Virus record (IMG/VR): IMGVR_UViG_3300032218_003007
Coordinates: 37,647 to 101,646 of that record
Direction: 5' to 3' (one strand)
DNA from: a virus
Lineage: Duplodnaviria; Caudoviricetes
DNA: 64,000 nt
In this document: positions 47,148 to 56,869 of the stretch, piece after piece
How positions within the stretch are numbered: position 1 is the stretch's first letter
How the letters are laid out: the number at the start of each line of letters is the position of its first letter
Program-made: the position numbers and the translations under genes
Notes under the pieces: model-generated
Seen by the model: only the letters and a program-made list of their open reading frames with translations
Told to the model about the DNA's origin: nothing
Databases searched by the model: none

Positions 47148-47554
47148 CTTGGTCTCCCTGCTAATACGTGTTGTATTAAATTACTACTGTTTTCGATAGC
47201 GCCAAATTTAAGTTCGCAATACATCTTGCTGACTTTATTGCTTTTTTGATACCTAGAGTTAAGTTCCTGCGCCATGGTATTCAAAGTCTTACTGGAATTA
47301 TATCCTTCTTTATTACGCGGAACATGTTCTTCAAAATACTGAAAATATTGAGTACGTTCAACAATATCTTGGGCATTAATTTTTGACATTACTGGATCTG
47401 TGCACTGTGTTTTGTATACATTGGCACGAGCACGAATGTCTGCTATAGCTGCAAACTCATTACTGTCATAGTGTGTCATTAAAAAAGCATCTAGCACCAT
47501 ACAGCCACCTAGAGATGATGCGATTATGATTATTCCCAGTATTCTTTTGATCAT
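47144..47554 (-). CDS. Lipoprotein
   Basis: MIKRILGIIIIASSLGGC lipobox; ATGA overlap with the o-spanin stop. Confidence 0.7.
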   Translation of the reverse strand: MIKRILGIIIIASSLGGCMVLDAFLMTHYDSNEFAAIADIRARANVYKTQCTDPVMSKINAQDIVERTQYFQYFEEHVPRNKEGYNSSKTLNTMAQELNSRYQKSNKVSKMYCELKFGAIENSSNLIQHVLAGRPR

Positions 47555-47823
47555 TTCACGCTTTCCTTGATTTGTTTTTGACCGTCGTACCATTCTATCC
47601 AAGCATCAACTCGATTTTTACACAGTCTATATTCAGTGTAGTTATCACCAACAGTGTTTATTAGACTGCTGAGTTTGTCATCTTTGTTATCTAATAGCTT
47701 TAGATCGGGGCATGTTGTTTTCAAATCAGCAGGAACATCAGGCCATTTAGTATCTAGCACTACTGCAGTGGGTGCAAAGCAGCCAGCTAATAATAACATT
47801 GGCATACATAACAATAATCTCAT
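47551..47823 (-). CDS. o-spanin (Rz1-like lipoprotein)
   Basis: LLAGC lipobox, WPDVP..L...CPDL, follows the i-spanin. Confidence 0.8.
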   Translation of the reverse strand: MRLLLCMPMLLLAGCFAPTAVVLDTKWPDVPADLKTTCPDLKLLDNKDDKLSSLINTVGDNYTEYRLCKNRVDAWIEWYDGQKQIKESVK

Positions 47824-48269
47824 TTTTTGCCTCCAACTGCTAGGTTATTCAAAACATCTATAGCATCTCGATTTACTTTGCATTCTACGTCAATCTTGGT
47901 GGCTATCTCTTTTACCTTTGTCTTGAATATAGTATGAACTTCGTGAATAACTTTAGCTTTCTCAGCAGTTTTAGTTTCGAGTGCTTGATTCAGTTCGTCG
48001 CTTTCAGCCTCAGCAGCCGCAATTTTCTGCTTCATTTCTTGAATCTGTGCCATATATATGGCATTCACACCTGCACCACCCCATAGAAACAGTGCGACCA
48101 CAAACGACACAATCGCCACTGGTTTCATCAGATAAGCAAACATCTTGAACTGTGGTAGTTTCCCTAGGACTTTGAAGAATACAACTACCACTGAGGCAGC
48201 GACAGCAATCAAAGGCCATATGATCATTGGTATCTCTCCCAAGATGTTCTGGATCATGTATAGCCACAT
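47820..48269 (-). CDS. i-spanin (Rz-like)
   Basis: N-terminal TM helices, coiled coil, C-terminal Cys; follows the endolysin. Confidence 0.75.
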   Translation of the reverse strand: MWLYMIQNILGEIPMIIWPLIAVAASVVVVFFKVLGKLPQFKMFAYLMKPVAIVSFVVALFLWGGAGVNAIYMAQIQEMKQKIAAAEAESDELNQALETKTAEKAKVIHEVHTIFKTKVKEIATKIDVECKVNRDAIDVLNNLAVGGKK

Positions 48270-48272
48270 AAT

Positions 48273-48899
48273 TTATCCTTGTAAAATCTGAAGTGCATGA
48301 TGATAGTGTTTCATACGATCTTCAAGACCTAAAGTTCCACCATTAATTTTTTTAGTAAGTGTAACCATGTCACCGTTATCTGCAAGAGCGTTAAGATTGT
48401 TACTTTCCCAAAACCAGCAAGCACTCTGTATTGCACCTTCAAATGTTCCGAGATATTCTGGCACTTCGTCGATGCTTATTTCAAGACTATCTGCAAATGC
48501 TTGATAATTGTCGTGTCCTGTGAGTTGAATTAATCCTCTTCCACAAAATTTGTATCCATCACCCGAGGCTTCATCGCCGTTACCCATGCGATTTGCATAA
48601 GCACGATTAGCAATAGCTTGTTGATTATGTGCATAACGATTTGCTGTTTCTAAATCTGGAAACAACCGTGGCCAAACTTTAACTAAACTTTGTGCTTTAT
48701 AATTAAGATTTTCTTTTAATGCAGTAAAACCAGCACTTTCATGAATAGTTTGTGCTAGAAACGCTGATACACGCGGAATAGTATTAATATCATAGTCAGG
48801 CAATACAAGTGATAAGGCCTCATGCCAGTGATCAATATATGGATTGCGTGGAAGAATTTTCTGTAGCTTAGCTACAGTGAAATCGAAATCAAACGACAT
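48273..48899 (-). CDS. GH19 endolysin
   Basis: FLAQTIHESAGF..ENLNY, GRGLIQLTGHDNY, TKKINGG; late promoter upstream. Confidence 0.93.
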   Translation of the reverse strand: MSFDFDFTVAKLQKILPRNPYIDHWHEALSLVLPDYDINTIPRVSAFLAQTIHESAGFTALKENLNYKAQSLVKVWPRLFPDLETANRYAHNQQAIANRAYANRMGNGDEASGDGYKFCGRGLIQLTGHDNYQAFADSLEISIDEVPEYLGTFEGAIQSACWFWESNNLNALADNGDMVTLTKKINGGTLGLEDRMKHYHHALQILQG

Positions 48900-48961
48900 T
48901 GAAATCTCCTACTACTGTCTGTGTGTATTTATCAAACAGACAATTAAAATATTGTGACAAG

Positions 48962-49501
48962 TTATCGTATGCCAGCAGCTATTCTTAGGGATTCAGTTAG
49001 TTCATTTTTAGGTGCTTTAGTTTTGACAGCAATGCCACTAACTGCACGTAATTTATCTAGATCTTCGTGCCCGTATTGTTTTTCGTATTCTTTGGAGTTC
49101 AGCGGTATTAGATCTGATAGTGAATCTATATCTAATTTATGATCTTTGGTGCTAGTATGATAACGAACACGCCAATCAGTTAATTTTTGATCTGTTAAAT
49201 TCATCAAATCATCCATCAGTTCCGTGACATGATCTGGTAGCTCACGATCTCGTTCGCATTCTACGAATACGATATAATCTCCGTCGTCCATTTCACCCGA
49301 GCTTACATCAGCATCGATTACCCAGCTATATCCTTTTTCAATAAAATTGACTAAATCAATGCCTGCTTCCTTGCTAGCTAACTTGAAGCTGAGTACGCAA
49401 ACATCTTCGTCGCGTCCTAGTTTGCTCTTGAATTCGTCAACGTGAAGCTCGGGATGGATGAGACGATATAGATCTTTTTTTTCTAGTCCTTCTTTTAACA
49501 T
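48962..49501 (-). CDS. Hypothetical phage protein
   Basis: Start MLKEGL after an AGGA RBS. Confidence 0.7.
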   Translation of the reverse strand: MLKEGLEKKDLYRLIHPELHVDEFKSKLGRDEDVCVLSFKLASKEAGIDLVNFIEKGYSWVIDADVSSGEMDDGDYIVFVECERDRELPDHVTELMDDLMNLTDQKLTDWRVRYHTSTKDHKLDIDSLSDLIPLNSKEYEKQYGHEDLDKLRAVSGIAVKTKAPKNELTESLRIAAGIR

Positions 49502-49502
49502 A

Positions 49503-50045
49503 TTAAATTCCTGGTAAAGCAGTCGGTGATATTTCGCTTGGGTTACTAGTCTTATACATTTTATCATCCAAGCCAGTTTCATAAGCCTGTTCGATATCTT
49601 CTGCATCTATGTTTTCACTGGCTAATTCAAGACTGCCTTTACGAATGTCAGTCATAAGTTTTTTAGGTATGATTACTTCTACTAACCAAATAGCAGTTTC
49701 AGCCATTTTAGGCATTTTTGTGCCGGGTGTAAAATCTGTGTAGGATTTTATCTTAACTGGATATTTTAATAGATCTTTCTTATAACGTATTTCGCAGCCA
49801 TATTCTAACAAACGTTCTCCGCCTCGAGGATCTGGCATCTTTTTATAAGGCCACATAAATGTACAAGTGACAAAATATTTCTCATATAACGGACCTGCGA
49901 CTACTTCACCATACTTCCAATTTTCAAAAGCATAAACGTCTAGTTCGTCAAGTACACGCTCAAAATCCAACAGCGTAGCAATACTGCTATCTGTCATATA
50001 AACAGTTTTTGTGTTTTCAATAATGTCTTTTATGTTGGTTGCCAT
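49503..50045 (-). CDS. Hypothetical phage protein
   Basis: 180 aa, CTAAATA upstream. Confidence 0.75.
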   Translation of the reverse strand: MATNIKDIIENTKTVYMTDSSIATLLDFERVLDELDVYAFENWKYGEVVAGPLYEKYFVTCTFMWPYKKMPDPRGGERLLEYGCEIRYKKDLLKYPVKIKSYTDFTPGTKMPKMAETAIWLVEVIIPKKLMTDIRKGSLELASENIDAEDIEQAYETGLDDKMYKTSNPSEISPTALPGI

Positions 50046-50097
50046 AATCTCAGGGTCTTTTTCTTATTTAGTCTAGATAGCCTTTAAATAGATAGCA

Positions 50098-50565
50098 ATG
50101 CAAGAATTATACGATCAAAGCGGTACTAATCTAATAGGAAAATTATTTCCTGGCGAACGTGTACTACACATAGGCTACGATAACAATCTGTTTTTAAATC
50201 AAATACCTAATTTTGTGAGTGTTGAAGATCTAGAACATTTTGTCGCAGCTAACAAAGCATTTAAGTTTAATGTAGCTTTCTGCTTAGAGTACATAAACTT
50301 TGGATCACGAGAAGTTATTGAGAATCAGATTACAGTGTTAGTAAGTGTTCTCAGACAACATGATTCACGAATCTATTGGCGTTGCAATCCCGGAGTGCAA
50401 GATTATATTGGCAAACAAGATATCTATCCATGGTCATTTGATGAACACATGAGATTGTCAGAGTTATTTGGATATGAAGTTGTTCATATGGACTGGGATA
50501 ATAGACAGCGTATATATGCTGAGTGGACTAGTAAAAGTCGAACAAGACATTATCACAGTTCGTAG
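50098..50565 (+). CDS. Degenerate class I SAM-methyltransferase-like protein
   Basis: ERVLHIGYD in the motif I position; FNVAFCL..INFG. Confidence 0.5.
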   Translation: MQELYDQSGTNLIGKLFPGERVLHIGYDNNLFLNQIPNFVSVEDLEHFVAANKAFKFNVAFCLEYINFGSREVIENQITVLVSVLRQHDSRIYWRCNPGVQDYIGKQDIYPWSFDEHMRLSELFGYEVVHMDWDNRQRIYAEWTSKSRTRHYHSS

Positions 50566-50716
50566 AGAACTTACTTATTCCTCGGCGTCTAACTCAAATA
50601 CGGTATTAGAAAAGAACCTGTTCCTTACTTAAATATTTCTGTGAGCATAGTCAACTGGACATTCAAATAACGTGGTTGATGACGAACTCACCGAATCAGA
50701 CCTTAAGGAGGCTAAC

Positions 50717-51490
50717 TTGTCAAAAAGGCGTAATCATCGAGAAATCGAAAACACCAATACTTTTCATACTAACAAGCGCAATAAACAACAGAGGGTAGAA
50801 CTGACACTAGTAACAGAACAATCACCATCACAATACAGATCTAAACCTATAGAGCTGATACCAAAAAGCCTCAACCAGGAGACATACATAGATTTACTCA
50901 CAGATCCCAAGAAATTAATAATATTCGCCACTGGACCAGCTGGCACAGGCAAAACAATGTTGGCAGTGTTGGCTGCAATCAAAGCATATCGTGATGGCGA
51001 ATGCAAGAAGATTGTAATTACCAGACCTGCAGTAGGTGTTGAAAATGAGTCGCATGGATTTTTGCCAGGCGATATAAATCAAAAAATGGAGCCTTGGGCT
51101 AGACCAGTGCTTGATATCTTTTCAGCATATTACAAGCAACCAGAAATCACTAGAATGATAGACGAAAAAATAATTGAGCTAGCTCCACTAGCATTCCAAA
51201 GAGGACGTACATTTCGTAATTCATGGGTCATCGTTGATGAGTCCCAGAATATGACTATAAATCAAATGAAAATGATATTAACACGCCTCGGTGATAATTC
51301 TAAAGCTGTTATAACAGGAGACTTGAATCAAACAGACAAGCAGTTTTTTAACAACAACGGTCTGCATGATTTTATAGAAAGAATGTCTGCTAGCGACTCA
51401 GCAATCTTTGGACACATTGACTTTATACGTAAAGATATACAAAGAAGCAAAGCAGTAGCAGAAGTTCTCAAATTATATGGAGAAGATTAA
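50717..51490 (+). CDS. phoH: PhoH-family ATPase
   Basis: GPAGTGKT, ITRPAV, GFLPG, RGRTF, DESQN, TGDLNQTD. TTG start after AAGGAGG. Confidence 0.95.
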   Translation: MSKRRNHREIENTNTFHTNKRNKQQRVELTLVTEQSPSQYRSKPIELIPKSLNQETYIDLLTDPKKLIIFATGPAGTGKTMLAVLAAIKAYRDGECKKIVITRPAVGVENESHGFLPGDINQKMEPWARPVLDIFSAYYKQPEITRMIDEKIIELAPLAFQRGRTFRNSWVIVDESQNMTINQMKMILTRLGDNSKAVITGDLNQTDKQFFNNNGLHDFIERMSASDSAIFGHIDFIRKDIQRSKAVAEVLKLYGED

Positions 51491-52077
51491 TCACCAATAA
51501 CTATTTTATAGATATCACACCAGTTTTCGACCATTCTAATATCAGGATGGTCGAAAACTTCATTATGAGGATGACGAATCAACAAGGACTGCAGACCTGC
51601 ATCCACTCCCGCTAAGGCATTTTGATATTTGTCTTCGACCCAGTAAAAACCGGTGTTCCTGTATTCATCTAGCACATGGTTTTTATCAGCTCCAGTGGAT
51701 AAGCATACTAGCCGTGTAAAAATGCCTTCTCCAAATACCCGATCTAGGTTCTGCTGACGATATTTTTGCGAAGTAGGATTCGTGCTCAGGCTAGTGATAC
51801 AATGAAATTTATAACCGTACTCGTCGTGCAGTTTACGCACATACTCAACTGCGTCTCGCAATGGAGGCAGTGTTCCAATAGCTTCACTTTCATTGAATTC
51901 TTTAACAAGATCCCAGCTGCGAGATTTTTTGCCAATGTTAAATCTCTTGTGAATTTTGTAGTTAAACTTTGCATCTGGTAGTTCTTGAAATCCTATTTCC
52001 AGCATCCAGCGGGTGAATGCAGGTTCCCATTCGAGAATCACACCATCACAGTCCACTAATATAATCTTATCTTTCAT
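51487..52077 (-). CDS. HAD-family 5'-nucleotidase (T4 gp30.2-like)
   Basis: ILVDCDGV, CITS, WVEDK. Confidence 0.85.
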   Translation of the reverse strand: MKDKIILVDCDGVILEWEPAFTRWMLEIGFQELPDAKFNYKIHKRFNIGKKSRSWDLVKEFNESEAIGTLPPLRDAVEYVRKLHDEYGYKFHCITSLSTNPTSQKYRQQNLDRVFGEGIFTRLVCLSTGADKNHVLDEYRNTGFYWVEDKYQNALAGVDAGLQSLLIRHPHNEVFDHPDIRMVENWCDIYKIVIGD

Positions 52078-52505
52078 ATATTTTCTTTTTCTTCAATCTC
52101 TTCAAATACAACTACTGCAGGTAAAAGCAATATAGCTGCTGGATTTTGTGTTAGTTCGCTCCAAACCCTAAGTTTTTCACTGCTTATGCCTAACATCCAT
52201 TCGCAATCATCATAGGCTACCAGTGCAGTCAATACGAACCAAGCTGAAACTCGTGCATGACTCAACAGAAAGTTTGATTGTTCTCTTGTAGCGTCAAGTA
52301 CTGTATTCTGTACAGCATTCCATGCAGCACTCCATTCTTTGGCCCGAATCGCATGCCAAGCTTTATCACGCACTGAGTCGAAAATTGTGCTTAGTTCATG
52401 TGATACAACACGAAATGCTCCCCAAACTTCAGGATGTGTCTTCACTGATGCCAATACTCGGTCTATATGTTTAGCATTGGGGAGGTCTTTCCATTCACTC
52501 ATCAA
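52074..52505 (-). CDS. Hypothetical protein with AW-repeat helices
   Basis: 143 aa, coupled to its neighbours. Confidence 0.65.
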   Translation of the reverse strand: MMSEWKDLPNAKHIDRVLASVKTHPEVWGAFRVVSHELSTIFDSVRDKAWHAIRAKEWSAAWNAVQNTVLDATREQSNFLLSHARVSAWFVLTALVAYDDCEWMLGISSEKLRVWSELTQNPAAILLLPAVVVFEEIEEKENI

Positions 52506-53170
52506 AGTACTTTTACATAGTTAAGCTGAGTTGTAGCCAGATTAGAGCAATGTGAATTATAGCTATGACGCTTGACTCGACCTTTTACTTGTAAAGATTC
52601 GCCTACCTCAGTAGACAAGTAGAACTGTACCAAGTTACCATCGGTATCAGTAGCAGTATAACGCCATTTATTGTAGTCACGCAAATAATGTCGATCCATT
52701 ATCTTAATCTGAACCTGGATAGATTTACCAAGTTGACCAATGAATTTGCTAGAACCGCATGATGTACGAATATCATCAGTACGTTCATCACGAGCAGTCA
52801 GGTCTTTATATAACTTAGGCGCCCACACTAACAAACCAATCTTGTTAAGCGCCACAGATTCTTGCCTCAGAATCTGACAGACATCAGTGAAGAAGCCACT
52901 TAGCTGAGAACCTTTGAGGAGATCCATTGTCATCTTTTGAACTAGCCAAGTCTGAATCTCTTCAGCTTTTGCACGATGCTCAGCAGTGATCGTCATCATG
53001 GTACCTCCTTGCAGGAGGTCCTGTACGGCTTCTTTATTACCCCATGAATTGCTCCATACAGAGCCTTCACCATAGCGAATAATACGCTCGCCAGCAGTCT
53101 CAAAAGCACAGACAGCAGCAGAAAGGGCTTCAAGGGTGGGGAAAGTCTTGAGATTACGCATGCTCAGCAC
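52502..53170 (-). CDS. Hypothetical early protein with OB-fold-like C-terminus
   Basis: Own strong promoter; beta-rich end KGRVKRH...TTQLNYVKV. Confidence 0.65.
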   Translation of the reverse strand: MLSMRNLKTFPTLEALSAAVCAFETAGERIIRYGEGSVWSNSWGNKEAVQDLLQGGTMMTITAEHRAKAEEIQTWLVQKMTMDLLKGSQLSGFFTDVCQILRQESVALNKIGLLVWAPKLYKDLTARDERTDDIRTSCGSSKFIGQLGKSIQVQIKIMDRHYLRDYNKWRYTATDTDGNLVQFYLSTEVGESLQVKGRVKRHSYNSHCSNLATTQLNYVKVL

Positions 53171-53191
53171 CTGCTTGTTCAGTATGAAGAT

Positions 53192-53220
53192 ATTATAGCA
53201 ACTTAGACAGCGCTTGTCAA
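53192..53220 (-). promoter_or_regulatory. Sigma70-type early promoter
   Basis: ggTTGACA-17 nt-TATAAT, same GGTTGACAAG context as the three promoters at 6.2-7.8 kb. Confidence 0.88.
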
Positions 53221-53459
53221 CCTTTTCTGAAAATATTTTGGTTCTGAATGACTGCGTTAAGTTGTTGATTTTGCACGATTAATTTTCGCTCCAATTCTTC
53301 AACTTTAGCAGTAAGTCTAGCCACTGTTTCGGTTAACGATTCGATAGTGACTTTAGCTTCTTTGATGCTTTTTTCATGTGTGAACAAATTGGGGCGTGGA
53401 ATATCAGGATTCACTGCTCGTTTCTTTTTTTCACGCATGCTTTTGAAAATACCGCTCAT
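53217..53459 (-). CDS. Small coiled-coil protein
   Basis: 80 aa. Confidence 0.65.
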   Translation of the reverse strand: MSGIFKSMREKKKRAVNPDIPRPNLFTHEKSIKEAKVTIESLTETVARLTAKVEELERKLIVQNQQLNAVIQNQNIFRKG

Positions 53460-53466
53460 GAATTAT

Positions 53467-53829
53467 TTATGATTCGACAGTGCTAGCTGTTTCAGCAGGT
53501 TCTGCTTTATCTAGTGCAGTCTTAAAGCTATCTGGATCTAATTCAGCTAATGTTCTAGTTACGTAATCACTGTAATTCTTGTAGAAATATGAAAAAATTT
53601 CTTCAAAACTGGCCCCGCTGTTCCAGCTGTTTTTAACTACCTTAGTCTGACTAAGATTAAGAATAACCTTGGCGTTCGTAATCGCACTGTTCCTTAGTCC
53701 CCGAAAGATTTCCATTTTTTCGTCATATTTAAAATTATCTGGATCATTAGCCCAACCCTTGATCTGAGTATGAACGTGTTCCTTTGGCTTCATAAAATAA
53801 TAAGCCACTAGATGAATATCTTGCTTCAT
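53467..53829 (-). CDS. Hypothetical phage protein
   Basis: Start MKQDIH after an AAGGA RBS. Confidence 0.7.
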   Translation of the reverse strand: MKQDIHLVAYYFMKPKEHVHTQIKGWANDPDNFKYDEKMEIFRGLRNSAITNAKVILNLSQTKVVKNSWNSGASFEEIFSYFYKNYSDYVTRTLAELDPDSFKTALDKAEPAETASTVES

Positions 53830-53839
53830 TTGATTTTCC

Positions 53840-54763
53840 TTATTTTTCAATGTTAGTTAATTCTACTAAACAGGCGCTCAAGTTGATTTCAGGATCAGCG
53901 CACTGAGTATGCCACACCATACCCTTGCGAATCGCAAGGATAGCCTCATCTTGGCCTTCAGGCGTAGAACTCCAGAGTGTTAGATTATTATAACACCATC
54001 GGAAAATTTCATTAATATCTTCCACAGATGCTTGATTGCAAATTGCTGTCCTTGCTTCGCGAATCTTGCCTTTCTTGAATAACTCTACCACATCCAATCG
54101 CCATTCACGTACACTCTTGTCATTTTCGCTGGGTTTATCTAGAACACCACTAGTTGAATTTGCCTGCAATAGATTCAAGCATTTACGTAGATCTGGATAG
54201 GTAGACTTGACATAAGAATCCAATGTATCTAAATCAAATTCTACGTTTTCTGTGACTAGAATGGTAGCAACACGAGCAGTAAACTCAGTGATATCGGTCT
54301 TGTCAATATGAAAGCCTTGGCACCGACTGTGTAAGGCGTCCATGATTTTGTGCGGCATATTACAAGTAAAAATAAATCGAGCCTGATCTGCATAAGTCTC
54401 TAATAGACCACGCATGATCGCTTGTGCGTTGGGACTGAGATAATCGGCTTCGTCAAGCAAAACGACTTTAAATCGTCCAAACGGCATAGTGCTCACAAAT
54501 CCTTCGACTTTGGTCTTGATGAAATCAACACCATTGTCGCGACTAGCATTGATTTGTAGAACGTCGTAGTCTTCGATTTCTAGCTCATTAATCAATACTT
54601 TGGCTAATGTGGTCTTACCTGTGCCTGGGCTTCCGCTAAGCAAGATATGAGGAATGAATCCTTCCTTGATCCAATGCTCTACCTGCTTTCTCTGACTGTC
54701 ATCAGTGAATACATAGTCGCTGACAGTCTTGGGCCGATAACGCTCAGTCCATAAATCTTTCAT
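53840..54763 (-). CDS. Clamp loader ATPase subunit (gp44/RFC-like)
   Basis: LWTERYRP, GSPGTGKT, INAS, LLDEAD, ALHSRC. Confidence 0.95.
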   Translation of the reverse strand: MKDLWTERYRPKTVSDYVFTDDSQRKQVEHWIKEGFIPHILLSGSPGTGKTTLAKVLINELEIEDYDVLQINASRDNGVDFIKTKVEGFVSTMPFGRFKVVLLDEADYLSPNAQAIMRGLLETYADQARFIFTCNMPHKIMDALHSRCQGFHIDKTDITEFTARVATILVTENVEFDLDTLDSYVKSTYPDLRKCLNLLQANSTSGVLDKPSENDKSVREWRLDVVELFKKGKIREARTAICNQASVEDINEIFRWCYNNLTLWSSTPEGQDEAILAIRKGMVWHTQCADPEINLSACLVELTNIEK

Positions 54764-54805
54764 GTAATATACCGCCTAACTTATTTTATAAAGTGAATAG
54801 TACAG

Positions 54806-54841
54806 AAAAATCTACCCGTATGCAACACATAAGGGTAGATT
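54806..54841 (-). terminator. Probable terminator after groES
   Basis: aatctaccc...gggtagatt stem followed by a U run on the minus strand. Confidence 0.55.
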
Positions 54842-54844
54842 GGG

Positions 54845-55216
54845 TTAATAAAGACTCTTATTGCCAGCCTGCACTGCAGTACTGATTGAATCATCTACTG
54901 GCTCGTCATCGCTGATTGCTAGGACGCAATCAGGATCTACTCTACGAATGGTAATTTTTCCTTCATCACCATCTATTTCTACGCCACGAGTCCATCGACC
55001 ATGTTCTACTAAAATCCATTGCCCGACACGGATTTCAGATTGTTCTGGCCCGGTGAGACATACACGAGCCCATCGCGGACGAATACCTGCAGTTGATCGA
55101 TCATCCTTGAGCAGCACAATTCCACTGCTCAAAGTACGCATATCAAAATTCATTTCCTGTACTACGATATAATCATGAATTGTCTTGAGATCTTGGATCT
55201 TGAATATCTCTGTCAT
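54845..55216 (-). CDS. groES: GroES-like co-chaperonin
   Basis: IHDYIVV, RTLSSGIVL mobile loop, V..GP, VGQWILV. Confidence 0.8.
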   Translation of the reverse strand: MTEIFKIQDLKTIHDYIVVQEMNFDMRTLSSGIVLLKDDRSTAGIRPRWARVCLTGPEQSEIRVGQWILVEHGRWTRGVEIDGDEGKITIRRVDPDCVLAISDDEPVDDSISTAVQAGNKSLY

Positions 55217-55231
55217 AGCTTTTTTCTCTAA

Positions 55232-55627
55232 TTATTGGTTTCGATTAGCAATACTACCAGCGAGACTTCCACGCAGTGGAGCAACTGAATCTTCCGGTTC
55301 TGGATCAAATGGAACTCCTGAAGGATCTACATCATGCAGCGGAGGAATCGGGCTAGCAGCCCTAGCAACACCTTGTGCTGGTGTAGCGCCTGCTTGTGCA
55401 TGTTGTTGCATTATATTCTGTGAATTATTTGAAGCCATTGGCGTATGCATCTTATAATGCTGATCCATCGCTTGATTTCGGTTCATAATCACACTACCAC
55501 CTTCACCAAGTTGATCTCCCCGTGCATTGACTTTCATATTGCCAACAGCTATGGTATTTTCGTTAGATAGACGAATACTATCCATGTCAATAGGTTTTCC
55601 CTGCGCTGTACGGTACATTCTGCTCAT
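55232..55627 (-). CDS. Hypothetical late protein
   Basis: YRTAQGK.IDM, AVGNMKVNARGD; ATAAATA upstream. Confidence 0.7.
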   Translation of the reverse strand: MSRMYRTAQGKPIDMDSIRLSNENTIAVGNMKVNARGDQLGEGGSVIMNRNQAMDQHYKMHTPMASNNSQNIMQQHAQAGATPAQGVARAASPIPPLHDVDPSGVPFDPEPEDSVAPLRGSLAGSIANRNQ

Positions 55628-55670
55628 AAATTTACTCCAGTTATATAGGAATATTTATCAGTAAAGAATG

Positions 55671-56183
55671 TCATTTCAAGAATTCTTTGATGTCTAAATC
55701 ATAATATAAACTATCTATCTTATGAACACCGATCAGATACAATACATAACTAGAAACACTTGAACCTCTGCCTAATCCCCACAGGACGTTATTTGACCGC
55801 ATAATATCTACAAAGTATTTTAGATACCGCAAAAGATCAAACAAGTTTCGTTCTTGAAACAATAATAGTTCCTGGCCTACACGTTGAAGTTGTTCTTGAT
55901 TCTCACATTCATTGATAACCCACTGGGCAATATCTAGGCTTTTATAAGAGTCTGGCATATGCCAAATAGATTGTTGTTCCGAGTCAAAAGTCTCGATGTC
56001 TGTGTCATTGGCTATATAGCTATGTAGCTTAGAAATATCAGCATATAGATTAGTAACTGAATCATTAAATTGATCTGGATCTGAAACTAAGAATCTCGAT
56101 ATATCAGACTCTGGATTCTTGTATAATAACCAGAACAATTCTTCTTGGTTGACATAAGGTACGCCATGCGAATCGTATTTCAT
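55671..56183 (-). CDS. Stand-alone fragment of DNA polymerase III alpha (DnaE)
   Basis: RVGQELLL...YLKYFVDIMRSNNVLWGLGRGSSVSSYVLYLIGVHKID, the DnaE GRGS region. Confidence 0.8.
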   Translation of the reverse strand: MKYDSHGVPYVNQEELFWLLYKNPESDISRFLVSDPDQFNDSVTNLYADISKLHSYIANDTDIETFDSEQQSIWHMPDSYKSLDIAQWVINECENQEQLQRVGQELLLFQERNLFDLLRYLKYFVDIMRSNNVLWGLGRGSSVSSYVLYLIGVHKIDSLYYDLDIKEFLK

Positions 56184-56422
56184 TGGATATCAATGATATT
56201 CTTAAAACCTTTTCCTTCAGCTTTTTTCAGAAAGTCTTCCATTTGTTTACGATTTCTGCGCTGGACTTCTGCCTGATAGTGTTCAATCATCATCTGTATC
56301 TGAGGAACCAACGTCTGAGGGCCAAACCGATACGCTTGTTGAAAGCGTTTTTGTAAATCTGATAATTTCTTTTGAACTTCATCATCACTCAGTGATGATA
56401 ATTCAGGCGCCAGTGGATGCAT
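56180..56422 (-). CDS. Small helical hypothetical protein
   Basis: 80 aa, coupled on both sides. Confidence 0.7.
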   Translation of the reverse strand: MHPLAPELSSLSDDEVQKKLSDLQKRFQQAYRFGPQTLVPQIQMMIEHYQAEVQRRNRKQMEDFLKKAEGKGFKNIIDIQ

Positions 56423-56868
56423 TATAAGTCTCCTTCTTGCCTATTTTCGCTATAATATGGGTCAAAAGTTCCACCTGGATAGCGAGATTCTAACTTACGA
56501 ACATTTTCTGCGATAACATCATTGGGATCTAGATTTAATGCACGACAAGCGTTGATCCAATACCAAAAAATATCTCCAAGTTCTCGTTTCATGTGGAAAT
56601 GTGCATCCTCACTAAGATTCTTTCCTTGGAAATAGATCTTTTTAGGAATTTCACAAAACTCTCCAGTTTCAGCAGATAAGCCTAGTGCAGCAGTTAGCAA
56701 CAACGGAACATTAACATCAGGTCCGTGTTCCATTGTGCCATTTTCACCGTATGGTTCGTAATTTGCATCAATTTTATCTAAGCGATTCATAAACTCGGTT
56801 AGGTCATTTGATGCTAGACTGGTGACTGCCTTGACAAAATCAGAATATTTATTTAAATCGATTTTCAT
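56422..56868 (-). CDS. MazG-like NTP pyrophosphohydrolase
   Basis: ALGLSAETGEFCEIPKK, RELGDIFWY, NVRKLESRY. Start MKIDLN after AGGAG. Confidence 0.9.
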   Translation of the reverse strand: MKIDLNKYSDFVKAVTSLASNDLTEFMNRLDKIDANYEPYGENGTMEHGPDVNVPLLLTAALGLSAETGEFCEIPKKIYFQGKNLSEDAHFHMKRELGDIFWYWINACRALNLDPNDVIAENVRKLESRYPGGTFDPYYSENRQEGDL

Positions 56869-56869
56869 A

